Positions 47,534-59,928 of a stretch of 64,000 nucleotides of DNA are shown piece by piece (the first letter of the stretch is position 1; each line of letters opens with the position of its first letter). Origin of the DNA: Sporopachydermia quercuum. Taxonomy: Eukaryota. The position numbers and the translations under genes were made by a program. Location: the NCBI GenBank assembly GCA_001599295.1, contig BCGN01000006.1, positions 124,001 through 188,000 of the forward strand, read 5' to 3'. The notes under the pieces were generated by a model. The model saw only the letters and a program-made list of their open reading frames with translations. It ran no database searches and was not told the origin of the DNA.

Positions 47534-47812
47534 ATGGATAAACAAAGGATCGTGCGACTGCCAGCCTTAAAACAGCTGAAAATGAAGAGCAAAGGCAAAG
47601 CTACAGCAAAAGAAGCTCCCTGTGGTATAGTGCTAACGTTTTTATTGAAGTGTTGGGCTGCTAATGGTGAGGGTTCTGCTGGTTGTTTAAAATTGGAGTC
47701 CGATTTAAAAAACTGCATGAAAGAATGGACACCAACTGTTGAAAAGAATGTCAATGCTGCTTATCACACCCAACGTCTATTTCCTAGAGTGTCGGGTAAA
47801 GCTCATGATTAG
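47534..47812 (+). CDS. MRP10: Mitochondrial small-subunit ribosomal protein mS37 (twin Cx9C-like)
   Basis: MDKQRIVRLPALKQLK..., PC..VLTFLLKCWAANG....CLKLESDLKNCM. The first ATG is at 47534. Confidence 0.88.
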   Translation: MDKQRIVRLPALKQLKMKSKGKATAKEAPCGIVLTFLLKCWAANGEGSAGCLKLESDLKNCMKEWTPTVEKNVNAAYHTQRLFPRVSGKAHD

Positions 47813-49366
47813 TCAGCGAACATTTAAGGTGCCTAAGGAGGAGAATGNAGAAAATTAAAGAAGGTATTCAGTGTTCAGAATGCCAGTTTTTAATCTCATT
47901 ACCATGTATATATTCGAGTTATTGATAGGATTTTGAAAATTTAAATCGTCAGTTTACTAGGAGTGGATAGTAGTTATCAGATAGGCTGAAGGGATAGAAC
48001 GAAATAACATCAATGTTAATAGTATTGCTGCTTGGAATCAAAGAAATAAATCCGGTTGTATTGAATGATAACCACAGTGTTCCGCTATTGGTTGATTACA
48101 AAATTCTTTGCATTAGTATCAATCAATTTTGTTAAATGTGCATGTCAACTCAGGTGCGTAAAAGCATTGGTTTTGGTAATATCGAAAACAGTAGTGACCA
48201 ATAGTCTGCAATATTTTTAGACACCTTCNTATTACTAGTTATTTTCCCAGATGTTTCAAAACTTTCAAATGTATTTTGATTCGAATCAATGTTCACAAAA
48301 TTTTCAAATTATACCATAATTAATGTCATTCCATTTCTCATTATTCTCCTTTGCATTGTTTTATTTTGCGATATAACCATACGGTTCTATATATTTTCAC
48401 TTGTTTCTAGTCGTTTGAGTTTTGTTTATCGAACCAATATAAGATAGCTCATTTCTTCTAAAATTCTCACTCCTTTCTGTTTCAATTAGAAACTAGATTA
48501 CCAATAGGGTCAGCCNAGTAGATCATTGAACCTCTCTTCATTTTTTTGTTATGTCGGNTTGGTCCAAGGAGAGAAATTTCGGAAACCCATTACATACAAA
48601 CCCATAGTGCCCATTATTGAAAACCAAAATCTCCGTTATGATCTGTCATTTCCGAAATCTTTAACTTAGATTGTTTTACCCCTGTAATAAGACAATTTTC
48701 ATTTCAGCCATAAACCACAGAAAAGAAGAAATTAAAATTAACTATTCATCTCTATTCATTTTCTTTGCTTCTATCATTGCATTGCAATTAAAGCTGCTCA
48801 TCTATTTTCACTATTATCACTAAGGACACTATTCTTTATAATTTCATGATTAATAGAACTGTTAGTTAATCGTTTGTGTTGCATTCATCGCTGTTACCGC
48901 AGAAGATCGAATACTAGTTAGCTCCACAGTCTCCCCATCATTCTCATACCTGAGCCTCAGCAGATCTGTCTGTGTGCCACTTTGTTGATACAATAACAAA
49001 ACGGTAGTTGATTGCAGATTGATTGTGGAACTGTTTGTTTTGATCTGGTCTACTCATCAAACAGCTAAGCTATTTAGCTTTGAGCTTGTCAACCAGTATC
49101 TTTAGTTCCTGTTAGGCAGTTCCACAAAGCATCGGTATTGCACATCATCTTTGCAGCCATATCATAATCTGNTCTACCTCTTCGCCTACTTTGATCGTTG
49201 ACCGCTATCAAAAGTAGTCATATCAGCTGATACAACCGATAGCTTTACTATACTTTTCTTTCGTATATGCATATTTCGACTCTGAATTATCCAAGGCGCC
49301 GAGTATATTGATAATACTGCGTTCACATCAACTCTATACTGTAAAATACTGCTATAACGTCTCGCA

Positions 49367-51286
49367 ATGTNTCAGATCGTGCCTCAGATGAGAGTTGTTA
49401 CAAGACTTTCATTCGCTGTCAATAGGCAGTCTCAGCTGTATAATGTATTCGCTTATAGCCTGTTTGGTCGGCCAGCAGCAAGACTGTTCTGTTCCTCTAG
49501 GAGTTGTTTGAGTGAAGCAAGAGACAATACTATCATCAATCACAATGCTGACCCAAATATTGATACTGATGGAAATAATACTGCTACAGGAAACAATGCA
49601 ATTGATACCGATAATCATGACGGCAACGATAATATTAAAACCTCGGTTGGTTCTACATTTGCTGCTCCTGTTGAAATCAAGAACGTAAAAACTCTCAATC
49701 ACTTCTTAGATACTGTTTTTGATGAAGAAACTACAAATAATGATGAATCTTCTGATGATAATCCTTCTTACAATACTAACTATACTAGTGGCAATAGCAG
49801 TTCTGTCAAACCGGGTTTCAGATTGTCCTTCGAAGATACATTTAGCTCTCTTTTCAACCCTCCTGCACCAAAAGGCACATCTTCGGGCTCTTCGGCTGAA
49901 TTCAGCGTGTCTTCCAATTATCCTTCCTCTGATTCATCTACCTCAGTTAACTATGCTTATAGACCTCCACCAGACGAATTTAAACCTCCATCAGAACAGG
50001 AACAGTTGCAATTCCGCAAATCTTTGTCAGAAGTGCTTCTTTCGGGTTTTGATGAGAGCGAAATCGCTATAAGAGGTAAGCTTAGCAGAGAAAAAGCTAA
50101 ACTTGATTCCGTCCCTGTGAGCGTAGGCAAAAACGTTTCCTCTATTTTTGATGCTTTTTTCAACAGTTTACAATCCGACATGAAAAACAGAAAAGGGGAT
50201 ACGGAACTGACAAAGGCTCGTGATCATGCTACAGGCTCATCAGTGAGGAAAGAAAGACTACAAAGATGGTTCAAGAATGACAGAAATTCCCAATCTCTAT
50301 CTGGAGATAGATCGAACAGTTCCTATTATAGAGATGCTGATTCTGGAGCTAATTTCTTTGCAAACTCAGGTCGCTCTGACCCTGCGAATGCCTTCTCTTC
50401 CGAATCTTCCGGTATCTCTGACAAGTTTGACTCCTCCTCGATATTGGCAAAACGATCCTCAACACAATCAAGAAAATTGGAGTCCAATTCACCATTTCTC
50501 ATGTCTAATGATGCCATAGATATACAGTATATAAATAGAAGAAAGCTGGAACAGAAAAGAGTAAAAGATATTGAGAAACGGAAAGCAAAGCTACAGCCTG
50601 TCATCTCATATATTAAGAGCTTGGAATATGATGTGGACGTCCTGAAGTATGCAAGCACTGTTTTGTTGCAAGGAGTCCATAACTATGATAATGCGCTTCA
50701 GAAGAAAGGAAAAGATGGCAACAAGAATATCACGGAACACATTCCAACGGAACCCAATCAATGGCAAGATCCTAGTTCCGGGACACCTCTACCTATTGTT
50801 TCCTACTCCTCTTTCACTATTTTACTCATAGAAACCTTGAAACTACTCAGCGACGGCTTTGAGCTGCCAACAGAAGCCCTCACGCTTTTTGAAACCACAA
50901 AACGACAAACAGTAGAAATATATCTCAACTGTTGTACGGCTGATATATACAATGAAATCATACGTATCCAGTGGGAATATTATTATGATCTGTTTACAGT
51001 TGAAGAAACAGTAACAGAAATGACTGCTAATGGTATAGAAGGTAACCAAGAGACATATTCTCTATTNCAAAAGATTATGATACAATTCCGAAGAATGTAT
51101 CGTAATAAAAACAGTCATTCGGGAAACTCAACTCCCGCTTTATGGAGTAGAGATGAAGATAGGTCTTACATTGAATTGGCTAAATATATAGACATGCTTG
51201 GTACTAGGTATATTGATATATCTGATGATCTTTTTTCGGATTCTAGTTTCCCTTCCTTTGACGAAGAAGGTTTAAGTCCACTATGA
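49367..51286 (+). CDS. MTF2: Mitochondrial Mtf2/Nam1-like protein
   Basis: R/S-rich presequence-like N-terminus and a C-terminal domain LTLFE..KR...EIYLNCCTADIYNEIIRIQW....DLF.VE..V.EM.ANGI. It is syntenic with SIR2 and MRP10. Confidence 0.8.
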   Translation: MXQIVPQMRVVTRLSFAVNRQSQLYNVFAYSLFGRPAARLFCSSRSCLSEARDNTIINHNADPNIDTDGNNTATGNNAIDTDNHDGNDNIKTSVGSTFAAPVEIKNVKTLNHFLDTVFDEETTNNDESSDDNPSYNTNYTSGNSSSVKPGFRLSFEDTFSSLFNPPAPKGTSSGSSAEFSVSSNYPSSDSSTSVNYAYRPPPDEFKPPSEQEQLQFRKSLSEVLLSGFDESEIAIRGKLSREKAKLDSVPVSVGKNVSSIFDAFFNSLQSDMKNRKGDTELTKARDHATGSSVRKERLQRWFKNDRNSQSLSGDRSNSSYYRDADSGANFFANSGRSDPANAFSSESSGISDKFDSSSILAKRSSTQSRKLESNSPFLMSNDAIDIQYINRRKLEQKRVKDIEKRKAKLQPVISYIKSLEYDVDVLKYASTVLLQGVHNYDNALQKKGKDGNKNITEHIPTEPNQWQDPSSGTPLPIVSYSSFTILLIETLKLLSDGFELPTEALTLFETTKRQTVEIYLNCCTADIYNEIIRIQWEYYYDLFTVEETVTEMTANGIEGNQETYSLXQKIMIQFRRMYRNKNSHSGNSTPALWSRDEDRSYIELAKYIDMLGTRYIDISDDLFSDSSFPSFDEEGLSPL

Positions 51287-52256
51287 TAGGTGGAACAAGA
51301 AAAGAATGAGGGAAAAAGAACAGTATAAATTGTTGAATATTACTTAGAATATTCAGCAGTATCATCTTGTAAATAAATTGTTTAATTGTTCTTATGAATA
51401 AACAAAACTGAAGTATCTATGATAGGTTGATAGGTGGTTTTATAAGTATCAATAAAGCTATATATATTAGAATAGAACCGTAAAATAATACGTAAAATAA
51501 AATTGAGACAAGGAAAGGATTAGTTTATCAAAAAAAATAAATCTGCATTTTTGGACTACTAAACCGTGAATTGAAATAAACGGTAAGGTGATTTCCATTG
51601 TTAATCTATATCTGTTAAAACACTGAAAACAAATTATATCTGACAGNAATATCAAAATATCTACATCTATAATATCAATAAAAGCACACATTGCTTTTGT
51701 CTATCCTTCATGTAGATACTCTCCCATTATAAATGTGCTTGCCTGTAATAATCCTATTGAAATCAGGATTCAGTGTTTGCTGTTGTTGGTTATTCCTTTC
51801 TTTTTCCTCCTCATCAGCGGTTATGCTCACCGTTCCTAAGTAAGACGATCCTCAGGCAAATAATTACATTTCTTATCATTTAGTGCATTCTACCTCCATA
51901 TTACACTTCCTCCTGCACTTTTTCTTCATTTTCATAGAGATAAGATATCTGAACAACCAATATACATTTGTTGTATTCGACCATTTCAAATTACTTGCTA
52001 GCTGAATCGTTAATCTGTAATGTAAGGAGTGATTTGAGTTGTTTTGCATGAACTATGAGTTATATTACCTAGTTATTCCTCAGTGTTAGTAGACACGACA
52101 ATCAGACATAATAATCAAATCACCAAACTAGTGAAGAATGAAATATATTCTTTCAGTTTGTTTATACAAGATTCTCATATCAGATGACTTTCCAATACTT
52201 TTTATTGCATAAGACCACAGCAAATTCCATTCTGCTATTCTATTACCCTTCATAAT

Positions 52257-54401
52257 CTAAAGTATCATATCATCATTTGCATCAAGTCTTACACCTTCAG
52301 TATCAAGGCCTGAATTTTTACTATTCCTCTTATTAAGAACTTTGGCAGATACATTGTTAAATTGCTCTTTTGTTTTACCGCTAACCTGTTGGAAAAATCC
52401 TCCAATTGATTTGACAGCATCCTGAAAGTTTGTTTTGGCTCCGTTCACGCTATCATCATCTCTATTTTCATTACTATTACTATTACTGCTACTCGTATCA
52501 NTGATAAATCTTCGTCCCAACAAGCGCTGACTAGCTGTTGATTCAGCTATTAAATCATCAGAAGAGTTAACTTCTCGATTGCCATCTAATCTATTTTCAA
52601 CTCTGTGATCATTCTCCCGAGGGTATGTTTCTCCCCGGTATCTTCCTAATTCTCCTGTTTCTCTTTCAATAATACTCTTTGCTTCAGCAACAAGACTTCC
52701 ATTTCCACGAGATTGCATCAGGCCATTGTCATCTTCATCCTCTTCTTCATACAAGCTCCAATCAATGACTCCAAAGCCAAAAAAGCTCTTGATTCGATCA
52801 TAGAAATGGAAAACTGTGAAGATGATAGGAATGATTATTAATCTTGGTAACCAATCATTAACCCATTGACCTAAAGGTGTCAGATTGATGTTCTTACCTA
52901 AGAACGTCTCAAATGCTGAATCACGATCAGTTATCAATGTCAGATAATTATATGACAAAGGAACTGTCAACCGACATGCATATGTAGCATAGAATATAGC
53001 TGATGATAACGATGAATCTCTAGGTACTAACGAATATACATTAAACACTTTGATTCGCGCTAATGACACCAATGCTGATATACACATATATCCTAATACC
53101 AACATAGAGAATAATTGCTGAGGCAAACCACTAGTCTTAGAAACAATGAGGTTGACGATGGAAATCGGTGTTGAATGTGTGAGTTCGGAAAAGATAACCA
53201 GAACGGATAAGAGAGCAGTTGAAACTGCTAATAAAAATTTCCATGCGAAATCAAAGTACTTATAGTGATAATAAGCTATTGTTGGGGGTAGGAATGTTTT
53301 CTTTCTGGAGAAATGTAATTCTCCGTTAGAAGCGTTGATTGTTTCTTCTAGAGCGGTTATAGTAACGATTGTTTTGTTCCAGACAACTTCAGCGGCAATT
53401 CGCTTGTCGCGTGTTTGTCTGACTTTACGGGCCAGAGCACAAAGATATTCGCTGGAGAGAGCGGGTGTAGTTCGAGAGTTAGAAGTTAAAGAGATAAAGG
53501 AAGAAGAATGATTAGGATTTGACTGCCCTGGCTGTTTTTCCTTCCCAGTGGCAGCTATTATGTCATGAATCCAACCAGAATACTCTCCAGAACCATTTTC
53601 GCCTAAATGACTAATGCTTGATACCTCCCTTAATGTATCGCTGTAATTGGACCTAGCATCTATCAAATCATCGTATAACCTAGGCACTTTTATATATAAT
53701 GAAACGAGTTTTCCCTGAGGTTTGGCATTTGTATAATGTCTGCGTGGGATATTAACTAAACCGTGAGCCATCAGCCATAGAGCAAGCACTAACGAATAAG
53801 AATGGGAAAGAGCCATTACTAATGCTTTGATAGCTGTTAAATGTAGACCAGTAGATAATATTACATACAACAAGCCGACAAATCCCAATGAAAGTATTAT
53901 TAATTGATAGCGTATATTCGATCGTAAACTGTCCTTGAATTTGGCTTGGATAGTGTATTGGCCTGATTCCACATACGATTGAAGTAATGGTAGTACTGCC
54001 CAAGTAAAAGCAAAGGCTAACCAGTAGTATACTCTCCAAATGTTTATCAGTACATTTTGAGGTAAAAAGAAAGGTGTTGATGTTGTGGGATTCCTAGATG
54101 CTACTCTGGTTGACATCAAATCGATTGGTAGAAGAGCCATTATGGATAATGGAATGAATATTGATATCAGTAGAGGAATCGAGACATACATCGGTGTTTT
54201 CCGGAGTTTTATATAATGTCGTACTGATTGGATTGCTATGGCAGTAATAAATAAGAACAGAAGTAAAACAGCCCACCACTGATTTGTTAGTAAATAATCG
54301 TTTAGAAGAAAGCGACCAGAGAAATGTTGTCATAGGTAAAGCGTATGATAATGAAAGTGGGTATATCATGACAGAGCTAGTAGACTCAAGCAACGTACCA
54401 T
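52257..54401 (-). CDS. LMBR1-domain membrane protein (LMBRD2-like); exon 1 is only the ATG (54401-54399), exon 2 is 54278-52257
   Basis: ATG|GTACGT donor at 54398, TACTAAC at 54292-54286, CAG at 54281-54279. Splicing gives MWWAVLLLFLFITAIAIQSVRHYIKLRKTPMYV. Family motifs: LLPIDL, WRVYYWLAFAFTW..LP, LMAHGLVNIPR, CRLTVPLSYNY. Confidence 0.9.
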
Positions 54402-54970
54402 CTTGAACAAAGTAAAAGCGGAGATTTGAACCTAATTAAATCATATAATAAAAATATCCGGTTTTGATGTGGTTCCTTGAATTGGACTGTTGAAGTGTGT
54501 TATATATGGTGAGAGTAGATGATAGGAACTGTGGATGTTACATTGGCGCTTGTGTTTGAGTTTACATTCGTTGTGAATATTATACACTAGCAAAGCAACT
54601 ACAGCTGACAAACTTCTCCTCAAAGAACATTCACTATAACCTTACACTTCAACACTACTAATGAAAAATACTATTTGCCGATAGTGCCTGGTTCATTAAA
54701 TAATATACAAGAGTTAGTTTGAGCAATAGAGTGAAGGAATAATTGTGTTAATATTAAACAGTCAGCGCACAAGGCCCCAATCATCCAGACTGCCCTGAAA
54801 TGGGATGAGCATAACAAATCGGGAAATATAGGGAGATCATGTGGCTGCTCTGTGGCGCAGCAACATCTATTAGAAAACATACATAAAAACTAAGCTGTAT
54901 TTTTTAACATAGTGTCTCGTCCCACCTAAAATTCGGAAGTTATATATTAAAATCGGAGACTATTAAGATC

Positions 54971-55891
54971 TTACATATAATCATTTCCGCCAGGCCAGTG
55001 TCGAGGTACACCTGACGTGGGGTCATCGTACCTAGCACCAGGGATTCTACTTAAATCAGGAGAACCAGATGACCTAGAAGGATCACGCAAACGAGATTGA
55101 GCATCAAATATAGGATGATTAGGCCCAGGAATCATACCTGGCTGCGGGTTAAGACCAGAATTTGAATAAGGATCCAGCATAGGGTTCAGTTGAGGATTTA
55201 CTGGAAAAGGTGAACGATCAGCATCGCCAATTGCTAATGGATTGAATCCAGGAGGACGAGGAGCATCGGATCTATATGTTGAGCGTTGCATTTCATACTC
55301 GTCGTCAAATCCAGGAGGATCAAGTGTTGTAGGTCTATTGGGACGAATATTTGAGGATGCTGGTGCTGTTGGTGGTTCTGGAATATCAACAGGCCTAGGC
55401 AAAGGTATATCATATTGTGGGGATAGGCTTTTTGTCCCAACATTCGAACGATCAACAGGATTAGGCTCTCTTGTTATTGTAGGTGTTGGTGCTGAGGGAA
55501 ATGGTAAACCAAGCTTGGAAAATAAATTTAACAGCTTTTCTAAAAGTAAATTTATTTCTTTCGTTGAGATCGAAGAAGTGTGGAAGGTTTGATCCAAATT
55601 AATAAGCGTCGATTCTGAAGCTTCATTAGATTCATCAGGATTAACAACCAAAGCCACTATAGCTTTGCGGCCAATTTTTGATACTAGAAACGAAATTTTT
55701 GTGCCATTATCGTACTCAGCTTGAATATCAACAGATGATTTTGACAGTATAGATGTTTGATATGTGAGATAGGTTTGAGTGTAGGCTACTAAAAAAAAGA
55801 TGAGGTTGTTGTATGGGGAGCCTTCAGAAAGGCTTTCCAGTTCCTTTGGGGGGGAAGACTGTAGTTTGTCTATAATATCTTGTAAAGTCAT
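54971..55891 (-). CDS. FUB1: PI31 proteasome regulator
   Basis: Pro-rich C-terminus with PPGFDDEYE, IGDADRSP, GMIPGPNHPIF and PGARYDDP. The first ATG is at 55891. Confidence 0.85.
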   Translation of the reverse strand: MTLQDIIDKLQSSPPKELESLSEGSPYNNLIFFLVAYTQTYLTYQTSILSKSSVDIQAEYDNGTKISFLVSKIGRKAIVALVVNPDESNEASESTLINLDQTFHTSSISTKEINLLLEKLLNLFSKLGLPFPSAPTPTITREPNPVDRSNVGTKSLSPQYDIPLPRPVDIPEPPTAPASSNIRPNRPTTLDPPGFDDEYEMQRSTYRSDAPRPPGFNPLAIGDADRSPFPVNPQLNPMLDPYSNSGLNPQPGMIPGPNHPIFDAQSRLRDPSRSSGSPDLSRIPGARYDDPTSGVPRHWPGGNDYM

Positions 55892-55967
55892 TTTGAAGTC
55901 AAGATTATCCTTGATTGGTTTCTTCGTTGATGATTGTCGGTAATTCTTATGCAAAGCTTTGCTGCAA

Positions 55968-55974
55968 TGCCACC
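55968..55974 (-). promoter_or_regulatory. PACE (Rpn4)-like element upstream of FUB1
   Basis: GGTGGCA on the minus strand about 80 nt upstream of the ATG; a second AGTGGC core lies near 56028. Confidence 0.45.
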
Positions 55975-58166
55975 TTAGCAATTATCTATATAAGGTACAG
56001 GATGAGTTGATAAGGAGAGATTANCTAAGTGGCGGAGGAAAAATATCGGAAATTATAAATCTTATAAATTCGTGCAATATAATGCATGTCTGATGCATAA
56101 TTATGTCACAGAAGATTTCCAAGTAATCAAGCCGTTAAACTTGGAAAAGAATCTGACGGAAACCAAGAGAAAATGAAGTCATTGGTAATGATGAGAACAA
56201 CAATCGGGGTAAAGTCTACTATAATGTCAATTAAAATTGTTTATTGTGGTAGAAATGGAACACTAAGAGAACAAATGTCAGGGTTCAGTAGTCCTCTAGC
56301 ATTTTGTCTCCCAATGGCAAACATTCTCAGCTGTCTTGTGTTAATTACATGATTTCATTGATCACCAAAAGGGAAAAATAGATAACGTAATGGACAGAAC
56401 ATGTGAAAATCACAATAATAGCTAATTAGTTCGAGTAATCAATCTATCTGATTTATCTGCCTTATGCTTCCCGTAAAAGTGATGTTAAATATGATTCATT
56501 TCTTCGCGTGAATCATCTGAGAGAATTAAGTCCCAATAAAATAGGGATAAAAGTAACTTAGATTGTACTTTTTGTTCTTTTATAAGAAAGCTTTGTAGTA
56601 TAAGGACTGTTAGCAAACAGAATGTTCTAAAACGCACTAACTTGAAAGAACAAGTACTGTTAATAGTGTATGCTAAGAAAAAAAAGTTCCGTATGATATT
56701 TCGTTACTGTTTCAACTAATTGGTATCATCTGTTCCTTTCTCTAATTAATCATGAACTATTGGCATTGTCGAATTTCTTCATAATCGCTATCGTCTTATA
56801 CTGAAATTGGCTATAAAGCTGAGGCGAATTTGCTGTAATTATTTCCCTTGGCTCTTAAATGAAAGCCAATGCTGATAGTTACAACAGTGCGCAGAGAACA
56901 TAATGCGTGACATTCCTGTTGGGATTCATTATTCTTGCTGCTTGTGACTTATAAATGTCATGAATAAGACACTAAGATGAGTAAATGGTCTTGAGACTGG
57001 AGATCAGGTCACCTTGACACAGTAAGAAAATTGTCAGAATGAAACATTGGGAAAAGGAATGTTACTGAGCACACAGCCGAAATTTGATGAAAACCAAATC
57101 AGCTAATGAACCGTGTTTTCTTTGCTTTCCCGCATACTAGAACGTAGCCTTAATTTCTTCTGGGGGCAAACTGGTAGATCTTACTTCCACTTGTAGTGTA
57201 ATTCGACACCAATAATAATAATGCATTCAATTTATATATATTTTCAAAAACAACACTTTGATCAACTTTTGACCAGAGTTATGTTATATTATATAAATAT
57301 TGGTAAATTCCTAATTGTTTATATTATCTTTACAATAACAATTTCCCACAGCAACTGTTTGTCCCAGTTTCTTCGTCTCTTTGACTTATTCCATCTCCAG
57401 TACCCTCCCCTGTGTCATTCTTATCTCTTGTCCCACCTAGTTTGTCCATCTTCTGTCCCACTTTAGGCTTCCATCTGTTTTCTGTCCTGTTTCATCCCTG
57501 CAACGAGATTCAATCAGGTTCCTTTTCCTCCCACTTCTACTGTGAATCACAAGTACTCACTACTAACTGCACATACTACACATACTACACATACTTCCGA
57601 ATATTTGATTTTCTATCTACTTATTGACGTAAATTAACCTGTAAACTCACTATAAAGTAAATTATAACCATTCACTAGCTAACGGTAATAAACTGAACAA
57701 TTATCTTCAATTTCAGTTGATATCAGAACAGCATTATTTCCATTTGTTTGTTTGTCGTCAATAATTCTGTGTGGTTACCTATCTCCGTCAATTGTTCGAT
57801 ATCTGTATGAGAACCAGTGCGCTCAATAACTGTTGATCTCGTCATATTTATCAGCAAGAAGCTTTGGCCTATATTATAAAAGTAATAGCATTTTTTATGA
57901 GGCAATATTACTGATTAAATATTGTTGTTACTCTCGTTATTACTACAGGCGATTTTGAAAAAATCTAAAAGACAGCCTATTGTTGTCTCCCAAGCGCACA
58001 AAGGTCAGTTCAACTAATTACCAACAAAGAAGAATACGATTCACCGATAACTATCAAACTCGACAGAACAACAAAAACACTACAGAATTAACGATTTAGA
58101 AGGTTTTCTATCGCCATCAAAGGTTACGATAGTATCCAGTCAACAGTCTATTTAATCGAATCAAGC

Positions 58167-59363
58167 ATGACAACTACAGTTCCTTATATCTATGCATTTC
58201 ATGAGTTCTCGGAGGTTGCGCTAGCTGTTGCCGATCATGTAATTGCAGCTCAGAATTCAGCCCTGGCGGCATCAATGGCATCTAACGCATCATCTACTAC
58301 ATTAAACGGGTCGAAAGGTGATAATTCAGCAATAACACCTGTGTCACGATCAAGAGCTGTCTCTATATCGGAATCGGCATCAGGTACGCGTCTTTCAGCA
58401 GGACAAGGATCGGGATATTCAAATGGCCCTGATTCTAGCGGATCAAATCCTAATCAGGGTTCAGGAACAAATAATCCAAACTCATCAACAAATCCGTCTG
58501 CAAATTCAAATCAAACTCCGAATCGAAGATCATCAATCACAAAACCTGGTTCGCACCATCGCTCTGGAAGTGCTTCTTCATCTTCTTCATCGACAGCTGC
58601 TGCTCCAGGGGGCTCTGGTGTTGGAAGTAATTCTAGTAACTCTAAAGAAGACCGTAAACCAGTGGCGAAAAAACAATCCCAACGACGATTCAAAATTGCA
58701 ATTTCTGGTGGTTCATTAATCTCTGTTTTACATGAAGGTTTGTTAGCGAGGAAAGATGTCCAATGGTCAAAATGGGATGTTTACTTTGCTGATGAAAGAT
58801 TAGTTCCGTTTGATGATCCAGAATCTAATTACGGTAAAGCTAAAAGACAGATTTTTGATAAGATACCTTTAGATCAACAGCCTCGCATCTTCCACATTGA
58901 CGAGTCGTTAATTGACGATCCTCAGGAAGCTGCAGATGAATATGAAAAAACATTAATCAAAGGTTTTGCTGCAAAAGATTCTGTAAAGCTTCCTTTGTTT
59001 GATTTAATTTTACTAGGCTGTGCACCCGATGGACACGTTTGTTCATTATTCCCATCTCATCCTGCTTTAAGAGAAAAGTTTGCATGGGTTTTACCAATTG
59101 AAGATGCACCAACAGGACCAAAAAACAGAATTACTTTAACAGTACCAGTGATTTGTCATGCGCATAGGGTTACTTTTGTAGTAGAAGGTGCTGTGAAAGC
59201 CCCGGTTGTCAAAACGATAATGGAGAGACCCGAAAAGGGTCTTCCCAGTAGTATTGTTAATGAAGGTGCTGCTGGTAAAGTTGCATGGTTTGTTGATGAT
59301 GAAGCCCTTACTGATGTCTTTGTGACAAAGAAGAAGTATAAGTTTTTAGCCCCGGCGGAATAG
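58167..59363 (+). CDS. SOL1: 6-phosphogluconolactonase-like Sol1/Sol2 protein
   Basis: MTTTVPYIYAFHEFSEVA.AVADHV, RFKIAISGGSLI, YFADERLVPF and LLGCAPDGH. A long S/N/G-rich insertion spans aa ~33-170. Confidence 0.93.
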   Translation: MTTTVPYIYAFHEFSEVALAVADHVIAAQNSALAASMASNASSTTLNGSKGDNSAITPVSRSRAVSISESASGTRLSAGQGSGYSNGPDSSGSNPNQGSGTNNPNSSTNPSANSNQTPNRRSSITKPGSHHRSGSASSSSSSTAAAPGGSGVGSNSSNSKEDRKPVAKKQSQRRFKIAISGGSLISVLHEGLLARKDVQWSKWDVYFADERLVPFDDPESNYGKAKRQIFDKIPLDQQPRIFHIDESLIDDPQEAADEYEKTLIKGFAAKDSVKLPLFDLILLGCAPDGHVCSLFPSHPALREKFAWVLPIEDAPTGPKNRITLTVPVICHAHRVTFVVEGAVKAPVVKTIMERPEKGLPSSIVNEGAAGKVAWFVDDEALTDVFVTKKKYKFLAPAE

Positions 59364-59928
59364 CTGCTATTACCTACTTACCTACCTACCTACCTGACTG
59401 TACAACTGACTACACACCTAACTATACGCTTACCTACATCTACTACGCATGTTATGCCTTACCTTATATTTAGCTCATTTCCTAATCGTACTGACTTTAT
59501 TAATTACTTTACTACTTTCTCACTTACTTATTTTCTTTACTACGTTACTACTTGACTACTTGACTATTTAGATATATTATTTCCCTATAGCTAATCCTGG
59601 TTCTCTAATATATTCAAACTTTAGATCACTTCATTGCTCAGAGTTATGCCTGTGTTTTTGAAACAACGAATCGTATAATCTCCGGAATTTTCTTAATAAA
59701 TCTGCTTCTAAACATTTGTGATTACGTTTCTAAAATTCATATGATCTCTGGAATTTTGCATTCAACTTACTCCAAGTGGGCTGGCTAATTATCGTTTCCA
59801 TTAAATTAGCTTAACAATTACCAAACATGTCAAAGAGATAAAGAAGACATAAGAGAAATATCAGTTTTAGGGTAGAGCAATTCAATTTTGTTCCTAGCAA
59901 TAAATAAGGCGCTAGGTAATAAGTAACA

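Noticed and set aside
54094..54393. 99-aa minus ORF as a separate gene or frameshifted N-terminus
   Set aside because: Explained by the LMBR1 gene intron and an alternative frame of exon 2.
57805..57948. SOL1 5'UTR intron (GTATGA, TACTGAT, CAG)
   Set aside because: Weak donor and branch, and a 33-nt branch-to-AG distance unlike the other introns; not supportable without RNA data.
55982..58166. EGO2/EGO4-like small gene expected from synteny with FUB1/ERS1/SOL
   Set aside because: The short ORFs I translated (e.g. MKSLVMMRTT... near 56173) show no resemblance.
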